Source: Callorhinchus milii
Lineage: Eukaryota
Direction of reading: 5' to 3'
NCBI RefSeq assembly: GCF_018977255.1
Contig: NW_024704742.1
Span: forward strand, 18,540,001-18,604,000
Length of the DNA: 64,000 nucleotides
Of the stretch, positions 25,575-38,460 are shown piece after piece. The position numbers and the translations under genes are program-made. Numbering within the stretch: the first letter of the stretch is position 1; each line of letters opens with the position of its first letter. Below the pieces are notes generated by a model. It was given only the letters and a program-made list of their open reading frames with translations, did not search any database and was not told the origin of the DNA.

Positions 25575-26605
25575 GCCTGGCTAAGTTGGTGGCACTCTTG
25601 CCTTTGAGTCAGAAAGATGTCAGAAGGCTTAAGCCCCATTTTGGGACTTCGAACCCACGAGTCCGAGATGATGCTCCGACCCAGTGTGTTGCATTACTGA
25701 AGGTGCTTTTTTTCAGATGAGGCCCTGTCTGTCTGACCATACATAGTATAACCTGAACTACAATGCAGTGCTGGGTGGGGAAGGGGTTGCATTGTCGAAG
25801 GCGCCATCCTTCAGATGAGATTTTAAGCTGAGATCCTGTCTGCCTTTCCAGATGGATGTTAAATGCAAAGGCAGTATTCGAAAAGAGAAGGGAGTTTCTC
25901 CCAGTGTCCTGGCCAACAAATCCCCCAAACAAAATTGGTCACTCACTTTATGGCTGTTTGTGGGATACTGCTGTGCATTAACTGGCTGCTGGTTTCATCC
26001 ACAAAATACACAGTCAATTCATTTTTACAATATATCATGTGAAAAGCTTTGAGACATATCAACTCTATGATAAGATGCTATGTCAAATGCAAAGATTATT
26101 AATAATACTAATAACAATGATTATTATAACATGGTACTTTCAAAGAGAAAGGAGTTTCTTCCGGTGTCCTGAGCGACAATCCTCAAATAATTCATTATTC
26201 ACTTCATGGCTGTTTTGTGGGACATTGTTGCGCAAATTGGTTGTCGCTTTCTCCCACAAAACACACAGTCACTGCACTTTACAGTAAATCCTGTGAAGGG
26301 CTTTGGGATGTCTTCCTTACGTGAAAGGTGCTATGCCAACTACAAGGTTTACTATTAAACCAAGGTCCCATCTACAGATTCAGGTGGATGTTAAATATCC
26401 AATGGCACCATTCAAGGGAATGAAGGAAGTTTCTCTTGGTTTTCTGGTCAACAATCTCCCAAGTATAATTGTTTTCTCAATTTATGGCTGTTTGTCAGGC
26501 ATTGCTGTTCATGAATTGGCTGCTGTGTTTGCATACAGTACATTACAGTAAATCCCACGAAGCAGTTTGAGGCGTCAAAGGTGCTATCTCAAATACCAAT
26601 ATTAT
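25575..26605 (+). mobile_element. Cluster of 3-4 old Deu-domain SINE copies in the same orientation
   Basis: Repeated GGCGCCATCCTTCAGATGAGA / GGTGGATGTTAAATATCC / GGCTGTTTGTGGGA motifs, most ending in an L2-like tail. Confidence 0.75.
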
Positions 26606-27331
26606 CACCCAGTTGCTATTATTGTTAGACACTTTCAGACCAAGGATAAAAGGATAATGTGTTAACCCCCCTCACCACTCAGCCCCTACAGCGACAAAGA
26701 TTAATTAATTGCAGCTCGAATATTGCCCCCTCTAGAGTTGACTGTGCTGAGAAATATAGCCAATTAGATGAATTTCACTCCTTGTCCTTCATAACCGCTT
26801 ACAAAGTCCCATTAGTAACATTCAGAAAGAAAATTCTCAAAACTCTATCCGCACACTAATTCAAATCACACTATGAGTATCAGTACAACACTGTTAAATA
26901 ATCAATGACCTTTTGTCTTCAGACTTGAAACGAGAACCATATTGATGAACATTTGTAGGAAATTAGTTAGGGAGACCATTGACCCCTTATAGAGCTTTGT
27001 AACCTAAGAACATTCACTGATATGGCTCTAGGTTTCTAGTTCCAGTTTTATTCTCATTAATAGATGATACAAAGTGAAATAGATGAGCATAGTACTCAAC
27101 CCACTGTGTCTGACATTTCAGCATAATGATGCAGACATGCACATAGTGTGTGTGACTCATTGTGTGTCTGCATCTATCTTATTTAAATATATTTCTGTCT
27201 GTGCTAACACTGTAGCAGCAGCATGGAGAAAGGTGATATAGAGGTGCTTGGCTCACTTCAATGTAATTAGATTTTCACTCTATGTGAGGTTAGGATCAGA
27301 ATTGGATCCACTCAGTCAACTGAGTTGACTT

Positions 27332-27648
27332 GTGGAGTCCTGTAGCTCAGTGGTTAGAGCACTCGCTTTGCAAGCGAGAGACCTGAGTTCAATTCCCGGC
27401 AGAGGGCGAAACCTTGGGCAAGTTTCCTTACTCCACACAGAGCCTAATAATAATCCCTCCAAAACCAAAAACAATAATAAATTGTCATTTTCAATCTACG
27501 ACTGTTTGTGGGACATTGCTGTGCTCAATTGGCTGCCGCGTTCGCCCACAAATATACAGTCAATTCACTTTACAGTATATTCTGTGAAGCACTTTGGGAC
27601 ATCCTCCCGACGTGAAAAGCACTATAGCAAATGCAAGGATTATTATTA
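27332..27648 (+). mobile_element. Young full-length tRNA(Ala-like) SINE
   Basis: D arm GCTC/GAGC; anticodon arm CTCGC-TTTGCAA-GCGAG; B box; L2-type tail. Confidence 0.97.
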
Positions 27649-28737
27649 GTATTATAACTGAACTGCATGAAGATAGTTAGGTACCAATGTATTACTGCAT
27701 GGTAATTTCGAAATGCACCTCTTTGACTGCACTTTTGGACATCTTTCCTCTCCACACCCCCAGCTCTGGTGTCCGGCTCTTTTGTCAAGCGCTTAGAGAC
27801 ATCCACCCAATGTGAAAGGCGCTATGTTATTGTATTGTGTTGTGTTTCCTATAACTGTAACCAGTTCTTTTCACCAACAACTGCCAATACTCCCAGGGTG
27901 GTTATCATTTAAAAATCACAGCTCATTCAGGGTTTCAATCTAACATGAACAGAATAATAATAATCCTTTCATTTGGTATAACAAGTTTCACATCAGGAGC
28001 ACATCTCAAAGCATTCACATATTATACTGTAAAGTGCCTGAACTGTGCATTTTGTAGGTAAATTGTTGAAATTCGTCACAAGTAGATAGTCATAAAGAGA
28101 GATGGGTGAAAATTGAGACCTATGATATATTAACTAATTCTGGTGAATAATTAATAACAAGTTATTGATAAATGAAGGCAATGAAGTCAGTTGACACCTC
28201 TCCAATTCCATCATAATGGGAGCCTGGCTTATGCTACTAGTGGTCATGTCAGCATGCAGATAGCAGCAATGCCAAGACAGACAGTAGGATATTGATTTAA
28301 CTAAAAAATAACAACACTAAAATGGTATTGAATAAATTTGCATGTCTATACCAAAACCCACAGGTCAGGAAACTTAATGGCAGTGTAGTCTTTGGCCCCA
28401 ATCATTGAGACAGAGTCAGGGATCACACTCACAAACTAGTCAAAGTCTTCAGTTATGAAATGGCCGCATTGATCAACAATGTGTTAATTATCACATCATG
28501 TGTTATTACTTTCAGCTCGTAATTTAAAATGCACATTTTGTCATCTTGATCAATGCAGGCTGGACTGGGCATTAAAATGCTCCATTCTTGCCCTTGGAAA
28601 ACCAATAATATTCCCTTTTGTTGTGTCTCTGCAATCCTCACAATGAATTCCATTCCATCAATGCAGTCATGCAGGATACTTGAATTAAAAAGAAATCATT
28701 GTAGCTCAATTTAAGCAATAAAAGCCCCAAATTGTGG

Positions 28738-28918
28738 GTTGAGCTAATAGCCCGCAGGCTAAGCTTGTAAAAATACATGCAGGTGCCTTTAATTATGTAT
28801 TTAACCACCAATGAAAGGGATTGCAGGTGAGGCTGGAATCCTTTTCATTGGTTAATGACATAATTAAGGGCAACTACATGGGTTTCAACAATCTTAGCCC
28901 ATGAGCTATTAGCCCAAC
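28738..28918. repeat. Imperfect palindrome with ~85-90-bp arms (MITE-like or ancient hairpin repeat)
   Basis: Left arm GTTGAGCTAATAGC…GGGATTGCAG; spacer GTGAGG; right arm CTGGAATCC…GCTATTAGCCCAAC. Confidence 0.9.
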
Positions 28919-29281
28919 TGCACTGTAGATGCCCAGAAACAAAACAGTCCAATGCCTCAGGCAATTAAAGCCAGCAGGAAGGAAAGAAAAGATCAGGAGC
29001 TCAAATGATCATCATATGCCAGGACACTTTAGGTTTTCAGTCAAACGTTTAAAGTATTGAACAAAACAAACCTTGACACAGAAACTGGGTATTTTTTAAA
29101 GGCACTGTTCACCTTTACCGGCAGGCTTGGAACAGGACAGCATTTTACAATAATCCCCCAGGTATAACTGGTCATTCACTTCACAGTTGTTTGTGGGACA
29201 TTGCTGTGCTATCAATATTGGGGTAAAGCTTCCCATTTTTTTTGAATGCTGCTACTGGGTATATTTACACTGGTGTAAAGA

Positions 29282-29295
29282 CCAGGAGGTGGCAG
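29282..29295 (+). promoter_or_regulatory. Candidate CTCF core motif
   Basis: CCAGGAGGTGGCAG fits CCASNAGRKGGCRS; motif match only. Confidence 0.4.
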
Positions 29296-29439
29296 TGTTC
29301 AGCTTCTGGGATGTGGGATCTCCCATTCAGAGCGGGATCACAGGCACCTTTGATATTCCCTTCAGGCAAAGTAATTATGATGTTGAGTTCAAGCCTCTCG
29401 AAAAGTGGCTAATCTATTATTTTTGTAGTAAATTACAAT

Positions 29440-29780
29440 AATAATCCTTGCATTTGGTATAGTGCCTATAGTATCTCAAAGTGTTTCACAAAGTTTCTGT
29501 AAAGTGGAGTGACAAAATATTTGTAGTCAAATGCAGTAGTCAATTTGGGCACAGCGATTTCCCACAAACAGCTATAAATTAAATGACCAATTGTATCTGG
29601 AGGATTTTTGACATACATGGACACCAGGGGAAACCTCCTTCGCTGTTTGAATAATGCCATGGGATCTTTAACATCCAACTGCACAGACAGACAAGGCCTT
29701 GGTTTAATGTTTCAGCTCAACCGCAGCACCTCCGAAAATGTCTCCTCTTCGCACTGTACTGGAGTGTCAGCCTGGACTAC
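29440..29780 (-). mobile_element. Old Deu-domain SINE
   Basis: GCCATGGGATCTTTAACATCC…GGCCTTGGTTTAATGT…GGAGTGTCAGCCTGGA. Confidence 0.8.
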
Positions 29781-29809
29781 CAAATTAGACAAGGGTGTTC
29801 GGCCAATGT

Positions 29810-30010
29810 ACTGGCCAACAATTCCACAAATAAAATTAGTCATTCACTCCATGGCTATTTGTGGCACATTGCTCTATCCATCTTGATTGCCATGTTTGCC
29901 TGCATACAAAAGAAAACACAGTTTACTGCACTTTATGGTATATCTTGTGAAGCGCTTTGAGAAGCTCACCTGACATGAAAGGCACTATACCAAATGTAAG
30001 AATGATTTAT
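29810..30010 (+). mobile_element. Old Deu-type SINE 3' fragment
   Basis: GGCTATTTGTGGCACATTGCT…GTGAAGCGCTTTGAG…GAAAGGCACTATACCAAATG. Confidence 0.65.
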
Positions 30011-30947
30011 TATCCTCCTTGTATGAAGGCACTATATCAAATGCAAGGAATAATATTATTATATAATCCTGATAAAGGGGTTACACTGTCAATCTATCGA
30101 CCCAGAGGTGAGATGGCTACCAGCTGAACTAGGCTGACACTTGAATATTCATCTTCATGGGTTGATCTGCTGTGAAGAGATAAAAATCAGCCCAGGAATT
30201 GTTATCTTTACCCATCAGAGAACAAGAACTGATGCCTCCAGCCTAACTGGTAGAAAACTATTTCTGGGCTGGGTACAGCATGGATTTTGCTCCTTTTGAT
30301 TCAGATCAGCTCTAGAAAAATATTCCACAAACAAAATAAGTATGAAGCCTGCTGAGGGCTAGAATATATCATGATACTCACCTTTCCTGGAGCGAATGTA
30401 AAAGGCGGTCACGATTCAGGATTGAATGCAAGAGTCCAGTTCCCAGGAGAACAATTTCTGAAATTGATACCAGTATTTTACATGATAGATTGCAAAAAAA
30501 AGATTACAAACTCTCCTCTCAAGTGGGTTGATTATAATTCATTCCACCTTTAATTTTCTTGACCAAAATCACTGACTTAGATTAGTTTCTTGTTTGACCT
30601 TCCAGTTCCTCACCCAAGTGATCATGTTTAATGTATGAGCCTAAATGCTAGGAATTGTCTGGCTATTTTACTGTAGGGGACAATATAGTTATCCCCAATG
30701 CTATCCTCATCAGCGACAACAACAACCTGCTTTTATAGAGCACTCTTCACACAGGGTGGTATCTAAGAGTCCTTATTCCCACGTACTTCATAGTTTGGAG
30801 TCAGGAATATAAACGGTGGCTGATTTTTCTGCTTCCCCTTCTCTCCATACCATGGTGATGTTTAGAACAATTTTTCATGCCTTTGTTGTCATCCTGCTGA
30901 ACTCAGCAAATGCAACTCAGATCAATGATCACATCTGGACCTTCCAC

Positions 30948-31545
30948 ATAATAATAATCCTTGCATTTGATATGGCGCTTTATCATGTCTTTGAGACGTC
31001 TCAAAGTGCTTCACAGAATATACTGCAAAATGAACTGACTGTATATTTTGTGTGTGAAATGCGGTAGCCATTTGCTTTCGGCAGTATCCCACAAACAATC
31101 GTGGATTGAGTGAACGCATTTTTATTGTTTTATTTATTTATCTTGTAGGTATTATTACTCCCAGGAAAGCGATCCACCAATCGACTAACAACCGGGTTCT
31201 TACTTACTGCTAGGTGAACAGAGGCGTGTAGAGTAATAATAATAATAATAATAATCCTTGCATTTGATATAGCGCTTTTCACGTCGGGAGGACGTCCCAA
31301 AGCGCTTCACAGAACACACTGTAAAGTGAATTGACTGTATATTTGTGGGCGAACGCGGCAGCCAATTGCGCACAGCAATGTCCCACAAACAGTCGTAGAT
31401 TGAAAATAACCAATTTATTATTGTTTTTGATTTTGGAGGGATTATTATTAGGCTCTGTGTGGAGTAAGGAAACTTGTCCAACATTTTGCACTCCCCGGGA
31501 ATCAAACCCAGGTCCTCTCGCTTGCAAAGTGAGGGCTATAACCAA
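30948..31545 (-). mobile_element. Chimeric SINE: young SINE body (31233-~31465) inserted into an older SINE
   Basis: Two tails and bodies but only one head. Confidence 0.9.
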
Positions 31546-34500
31546 TAAGCGAAAAGACCTGCTGTATTAGACCCCAATCAGATGCTGATAGGGGTTTACA
31601 TTTGAATGACTCGGATTCCTTATTAACAAATCCCATTAGGTAATGCCGCAGATTGGACCCCATTGATTAGTTATAGCTAATACAGCAGCTAACACATTAA
31701 AAAAAGATTTTGTATTGAGTTTTAATGATTAGCATACGTCCAGGATTGTGCTACCACTTTAAGGGGGGAAATGATACTGACAGTTTAATACTGATTTTGA
31801 ATTTGTTGTTCTGTTGAACAAAATCCACATCAGCTCATGTAAGTGAATAGCATATCAGCTCAGCTTCCTCCGTCTGTGATGTTCTAAGGCAAAAGGAAGC
31901 CATTATTTTCACTACATTTTACTGAAATCCATCCTGCCTTATAGGAAGTCTAAAGTGGTGCACCTCAGTGGAAGCGGCGGATGTAACTGTCAGAATACAT
32001 CACATACAATCGATTGTACCCCAATTAAAGTGTCATATGCAATGCGTTGGACAAATGAGAAAGGGGTGACTAAGCATCAATAGAGCATCATATGAAACAT
32101 TTTTTTTTCAGACATCAAAGTGCCTTATCTCTGAGCTAACTGAGTCACAAAACTGCATGTCTGACCCGTCAGGTTATTTAAAGGACACTAGAGAAGATTG
32201 GATTGCTCACGTTGAAGCAAAGAATGAAGACCACGCAAATGATCCAGCTAAACAACTAGTATATGTTCAACCATGCGTGCTTTGCAGAAGTATGATTCTG
32301 ATAATAATCAGATATTAGTGTTAAAAGCTTTAAGTCTGCAGGAATTGTCATCTCATAAACTCTGCTGTAAGCACTATTGTCCTCTGTCACCTGATCAGCT
32401 CTAGTCCCCACTAAAGGAGCCTTTGTGTACTAGAAACCTCACACAATGTTTGGGACTATATGAACTGGGAGAATAAAATAGTTGCAATATGTTCTCATTG
32501 CTATGAGTAACATTAACAGTAGCACAGCTGAGTTTTAGGAAATCACAGGAGCTTCTTGAAGATTATTTTGAATCTCGGTTTTAACTCTTTGTGTGCCACT
32601 GGGACATTGTTTTACTTATCTAGGTTAATCTTCAAACGTTCTGATTTTATAAGAATGGATCAGGTAAGATAAAAGTAAAATGATATTTAAAAAAAACGAG
32701 TAAGGTCTCAAGTTTGATCACAGTCATTTAGTGATTCAGCTGATGTGGTAGGTAGGTATTAATTGGTTTCAGGACCAGTTGGCTGGAGAGGAAGAAAAGC
32801 AGTGAAGTTTGCTGCTCCTCATCACTCTCAGAACAGGGCCCTGTTAGACATTGGATTATCAGAGGAATGTGATTGACTGTGATGCTCATTGCAGTGGTAC
32901 TCTCTCCCCTTGGCTGTAGGGTCAAACCCCATACAGGTCAGCATTTAAGTCTAGGCTGACCCTCCTGTAGAGTACTGATTTCTTGGAGGTGTTGTCCTTC
33001 AGATGAGACAAACAATGCGTCAGAGGATGGTTCATATTGTTGAACCTAATATCTACAAACAATTCAGTTTATTTTTCATAACAAGATTTAGCACATAACT
33101 AAATATGTAACTGGCCTTGTGCTTTGGTGTATTAAAACAGTCAGACAATGAGTGTAACATTTTCTTAGCTGATATTTTGAACAAGTGCAAAAGCAAATAG
33201 AGTTCTACATGATCAGAAAAGGATGGAAGAAAACTGAAGGGAAAATATAGGAAAGGGGGAGAATGAGATTAAAAAGCATAAAAAGCTGCCATGAGATGAT
33301 AAAAAGGTAGACTGAATGGTCTAACTTTCCTTTATTCCATTCTAGATGCAGGAAAATTTCCACGTGTAGGTGGCATACATATGTGGAATGCTCAGTTTGG
33401 CTTGGATACCCATGGTGATAGTTTTCCGCATGTGTCAGACCTTGGCTGACCAAAACAAAATATTCCTGGTGAAAAAAACAACGGAAAAGAAAGAACAGGG
33501 CAAGCAGATTAAAACACTTTATTCAAAATCAGTTTCAGATCTTATTTCAACAGTAAAGGACTAACATTAAGCCATAGTTTCAATTGATTTGTTACTGTTA
33601 TATCAACTTTTGATTCAACAGGGATGTGCATGGCCTGATTGACAATCTTAAATTGGAAGTAATATTAAAGATAGACCATAGACCCAGGGTGACTGGAATT
33701 TCTAATGGTTAAAAGCCAGACTTACAGTAGTCAGATAATTAACCATGAGATGAACGTTAAGTCAATCAAATTGGAAGTTCTTGTTGTGTTTATTTTGGGG
33801 GAGGCTCTTCTTTGTTGCTGAGTAGACACTGCTGACTCACTGTAGAAGGTCGTCTTGCTCTTGACGACTGAATAGTTTGTGCAGATCTTTTATTTGTTCC
33901 CACTGTGCATGCAATGATTTGTGGTTTGCATCAATCACATGAAATTGACGGCTGTTGTATTCACAGAAGGGTCACCTCCAAAGAACCAGTGTAGAGCATG
34001 ATAAACCTTTGGTTTGCGTAAACAACATGAAGTAAACCAATAAGTATACTCACTTCATGAGTCAAATATCAATCATCTGAATCTAATTTTTCCATCTAAT
34101 TCACATTACTCTAACCCTTCACTTTAATAGACCAGTTTTACTGCTCTTTCTGTTTTGATGCCCCACTTTTCCTTCAATATAATTCCAGTTTAATTCCAGG
34201 TTGAGTTTGATCTGAATTCTGGTAAGTGGTATGAGATTTGCAACTAGTACAAAGCCATCTTTTTAATGTTAAAGAGAGATTCCAGGGGGATGGCTGGATT
34301 GCTTTTACATCTTTAATGATAGGAAAGATCCAGCAGGACATTCTGCTCTTCACTTATTTTTAAGATTTCATCTGCATTCAGATGCTGGGTAGTGGAGCTT
34401 TGCCCCTGTATACTTTGCTTCACATTAAGACCTATCTCTTCAACCATGCTTTCGGACACCTTTCTGCTCCCCTCTGTGCTCTCCTCCTCCCAAATTCGGG

Positions 34501-34944
34501 GTTTACGTGAAGCACATTGAGACGTCCTCCTGGCATGTAAGGTGTTATGTATGAGTAAATGTAAATTCTTGTTGCATAGATGGCTGTGGAGTTGCCAATA
34601 GAGTACAATGCTTCAACATTACACTGCATTAAAGCAGACTTTTATCAGTGACACCTAGAAAATGAAGGCTGCATTACATTTTCTAATAAAGTATAGATTG
34701 GGAAGAGCATGTGGAATGTGGAAAATGATTAGCAAATGGTAAATCCTGTGTGTTTCTGGATGTGTCTAAGGCTAACATGCTGGAGTGCTATTCAAACATT
34801 GATCTCCAGCTGGGCACCTGCCTGCAACCCAACTTCATGGAAATTACTGAGAGTAATTCCAGGAGGTAAACACGAAACATAACTGGGTGCCTGCAGAATC
34901 ACCATTTATAAGATAATGTTTCCAAAACTATCGAGGTATAAGAC

Positions 34945-35132
34945 GTGAAGTCCTGTAGCTCAATGGTTAGAGCACTCGCCTCACAAGCGAGAGACCTGGG
35001 TTAGATTCCCGACAGGTTGAAATGTTGGGCAAGTTTCCTTACTCCACATGCCTCTGTTTACCTAGCAGTAAGTAGGAACCCTTTTATTAGTTGAGAGGCG
35101 AGTGCTCTAACCAATATGATGCAGGACTCCAC
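34945..35132. mobile_element. SINE head followed by an inverted SINE head
   Basis: GTCCTGTAGCTCAATGGTTAGAGCACTCGCCTC … GAGGCGAGTGCTCTAACCAATATGATGCAGGAC. Confidence 0.85.
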
Positions 35133-36084
35133 AAACGCATCCCTGCACTAGTAGATTTATACCACTACACACAGAGGTAGTGTTATAGGCAAGGTTTATA
35201 TACCCTCTTGGAAATCTAATGCTTTATCGGATATGATTATTACATCTCAATGTTGCCATAATATATTCTAATTTATTCAATATTCCCTGTAATTTGCCCT
35301 CCTTTTAATAATAATTCTTGCATTTTATATACTGCCTTTCAGGGAGGACGTGTCAAAGTACTTCCCAGGATAACTTCAGAGTCTCCAGTGAATTTAGGGG
35401 AATGGGGGCTTCTGACTGGCCTGAGAGGCTATCTGCAGCTACACAACCCTGGAAAGCGGAGTATAGGCATGCACACTCAATACTGGAGTATAAGAGAAAA
35501 CACGAAGAGTGGACAGATTTACCATTGAAAGCTTCACGCTGCCCAGTTGAGGGAGTTCAGCTCACTTACTCAGGTTAGTATAATTTCCTGATGATCATCA
35601 CCCAATTCTTTCTATTTTAATGAAGAAACGTACAGGGAAAACAAAATCACTGAGAAGTTCATGTAGAATATGATGAAAACTTTCAGCCTTGGGGACTTTT
35701 TCATAGTGTAAGGATTATTAATAATATTCATTCACAAACTGGATTTGTTGCATCCATTAAGGTTTTCAAGGTGAAATTCGTGGCCTGGAATCTTGAATCT
35801 CAAGCTGGCAAAAGGCCAGAGAGAAAAAGAGTTGCCCATTTCCCATATGATACTCATTCCTTATTTGCTCCTAACCTTCCCTCTTCTTCTTGTAAAATAG
35901 TGACAGCTACATTTCCTAATATAGAGTTCTCCACACACATTGCCAAAGCGGCAGCATTCTGTAACACACTGATTTCAGACTACTTAGTCCATAATTAAAT
36001 ATACAGCATGTTTTTGGCAAATTTTAATGGCAGAGAAAACCTGAGATTTCCCAGCTCAATTAGATTCCGATATTCCAAGATCAC

Positions 36085-36960
36085 AACTCACCAACTGACT
36101 GAAAATAGAGGGGAACTTGGAGGCTAATGTTAGTGAGGAACTTAAATAAATGAACATTAGTAAAGCAATAGTACTAGAAAAATTGATAGGATTAAAAACC
36201 AATAAATCCCATGGACCTGATGACCTGCATCCTAGGATTTTAAAAGAGGTGGCTGCAGAGATAGAGGATGCTTTGTTTTTGATCTTCCAAAATTCTGCAA
36301 TGGTTCCCATTGATTGGAAGGTCACAAACGTAACACCGATATTTAAGAAGGGTGGGAGATAAAAATGGGGAGCTACAGACCAGTTAGTCTAACATCGGTG
36401 GAAGGGAAAATTCTAGAGCCCTTAATTAGGGACGTTGTCGTGGGGTACTTCGAAAATCATAACATGATTAGGTAGAGTCAACATGGCTTTACGAAAGGGA
36501 AATCATGTTTAACAAATCTTATAGAGATTTTGGGGATGTAACTAGCAGGTTAGATAAAGGGGAACCAGTAGATGTGTGTATTTGGATTTCCTGAAGGCAT
36601 TCAACAACATGCCACATAAAAGGCTGTTGCATAAGATTAGAACCCATGAAATTAAAGGCAATATATTAACTTGGATTGGAGAGTGGCTAACAGGAAGAAA
36701 ACAGAGAATAGGGATAAACGGGTCCTTCTCAGATTGGCAGGATGTGACTAGTGCAGTGCCACACGGATCAGTGCTTGGGCCTCAATTATTTATAGTCTAT
36801 ATCAATGATGTAGATGAGGAAATAGAGCTTAATATATCTAAATTCGCGGACGATACGAAGATTGGTGGGAGAGTAAGCTGTGAGGATGACACACAAAGAA
36901 TGCAAAGGGAAATAGACAGGCTAGGTGAGTGGGCAAGAAGGTGGCAGATGGAGTATAACG
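36085..36960 (+). mobile_element. CR1 LINE ORF2 (RT) internal fragment with stops and frameshifts
   Basis: KSHGPDDLHPRILKE; NVTPIFKKG; YLDFLKAF; VPHGSVLGPQLF; KFADDTKIGG. Confidence 0.95.
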
Positions 36961-37741
36961 TTTCCTATTCTTTTAAGTAATCCCAATGACCAAATCCGAC
37001 GAAAACCCTTAAAAGTTATTCTGTACCTGGGAAAGCCTGGATTTCTCTCCTTATTTGACTGGTCAAACGCAGAAAACATATATTAAACAAATACAAATGT
37101 AAAAGTTACTCTAGTAAATTTAAAAGATCGTTCAATGTCAAAATCTCAAAGATGAAATGGTTCATTTTATTTAACACTCTTTTGTGTTACTAATGCAAAT
37201 CTTACCCCAAAATGCCAATGTAGGATTTCTACTGGGATTTATCTTTAGAAATCCCTCATGTCAGTATTAAAACTGAAGGTATGTTAGAGCAGTGAATTTA
37301 TGTTAACTGAGTGCTCTGCATGCTCACATTATGAATTCACACTGAGTTGAAATTATCTCAACAAAAAAAGTGCAATACATAAACTCGATATGGGGTCTGA
37401 TTTAAACATGGAAATAATTATTCTAATATGCTGATAAAACATAAATTGCAACCTGAGACAAAGTTATTTTTGACAAATAATGTCAGAAATATTAAAAAAT
37501 TCTGCAGGTGTTATGGACTTTTGAGATTAGCGCCACAGATTTTAAGCCGTATAAAAGAATAGTTTGGGGTCACATCCATTTTAAGGTCTTTATTGATCTT
37601 CTACTGGTAAAACATTGCTTGTCTCCTTTTTATTTTCAAGGAAGATTACCAATCTTTGCAGATGACCTCTCAATGTGGGCCAGGAAGATTATATTGGTAC
37701 TTCAGCAGCTCTGCTTCGGTTCTGAGAAGCAACAATTGTCA

Positions 37742-38215
37742 CAACAACAAGTTGCAGTTATATAGTGCTTTTCACATTGGGAGGACATCCCAAGGCACTG
37801 GGAAATGAAGGGTCTGCACCCAAGCTGGGGTTGGAATCAAGAAGGCTGGAGGGCAAGGAGGAAAGATGACCAAAAGCATGGTTGAAAAAAAAAGTCTTGA
37901 GATGAGCCTTAAGGGAGGCAAGGAGGGGGTAAGGCAGAGGGGCTCCATGATGGAGTTCCAGAGAAGTGGGCAGAAAGTCTGAAGGTCTGAACACTGATGG
38001 TGGAGTGGGCAGGGCTGGGAATGTGGAGCAGGTGAGCACTGAGTGGAAGGAGCGGATAGGTTGGTAAAGATTTAGTAGAGAGGTAGGTTGCAGAGGTAGG
38101 GTGGAACAAGACCGTAGAGGGATTCAAAGGTGAGGGTGAGGATCTTGAACTCAATCCTCTGGGGATGAGGAGCCAGTGAAGCCAGGCGAGGATGGGGGTG
38201 ATTGGCTCAAGAAGC
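37742..38215 (-). mobile_element. L2 3' fragment
   Basis: ITPILAWLHWL and LKAHLKTFFFNHAF; (AAC)n tail. Confidence 0.85.
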
Positions 38216-38234
38216 TTAATGTGGGTATTCTTAA

Positions 38235-38460
38235 GCAAGAATCATACAATCATAGAATATTACAGCACAGAAAGAGGCCATTTGACTCATCGTGCCTGTG
38301 CTAGCTCTTTGGAAGAGCTACACAATGAGTCCCGCTCTCTGGCTCTTTCCCTATATCCCTGCATTTTTTTCCAGTTCAAGTACCTATCCAATTCCCTTTC
38401 TTAAGTTGTTATTGAATCTGTTTCCACTAACCTTTCAGGCAGTGCATTCCAGACTGTAAG
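38235..38460 (-). mobile_element. CR1 3' end fragment
   Basis: AATCATAGAAT…ACAGCACAGAAAGAGGCCATT…CAGGCAGTGCATTCCAGA. Confidence 0.85.
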
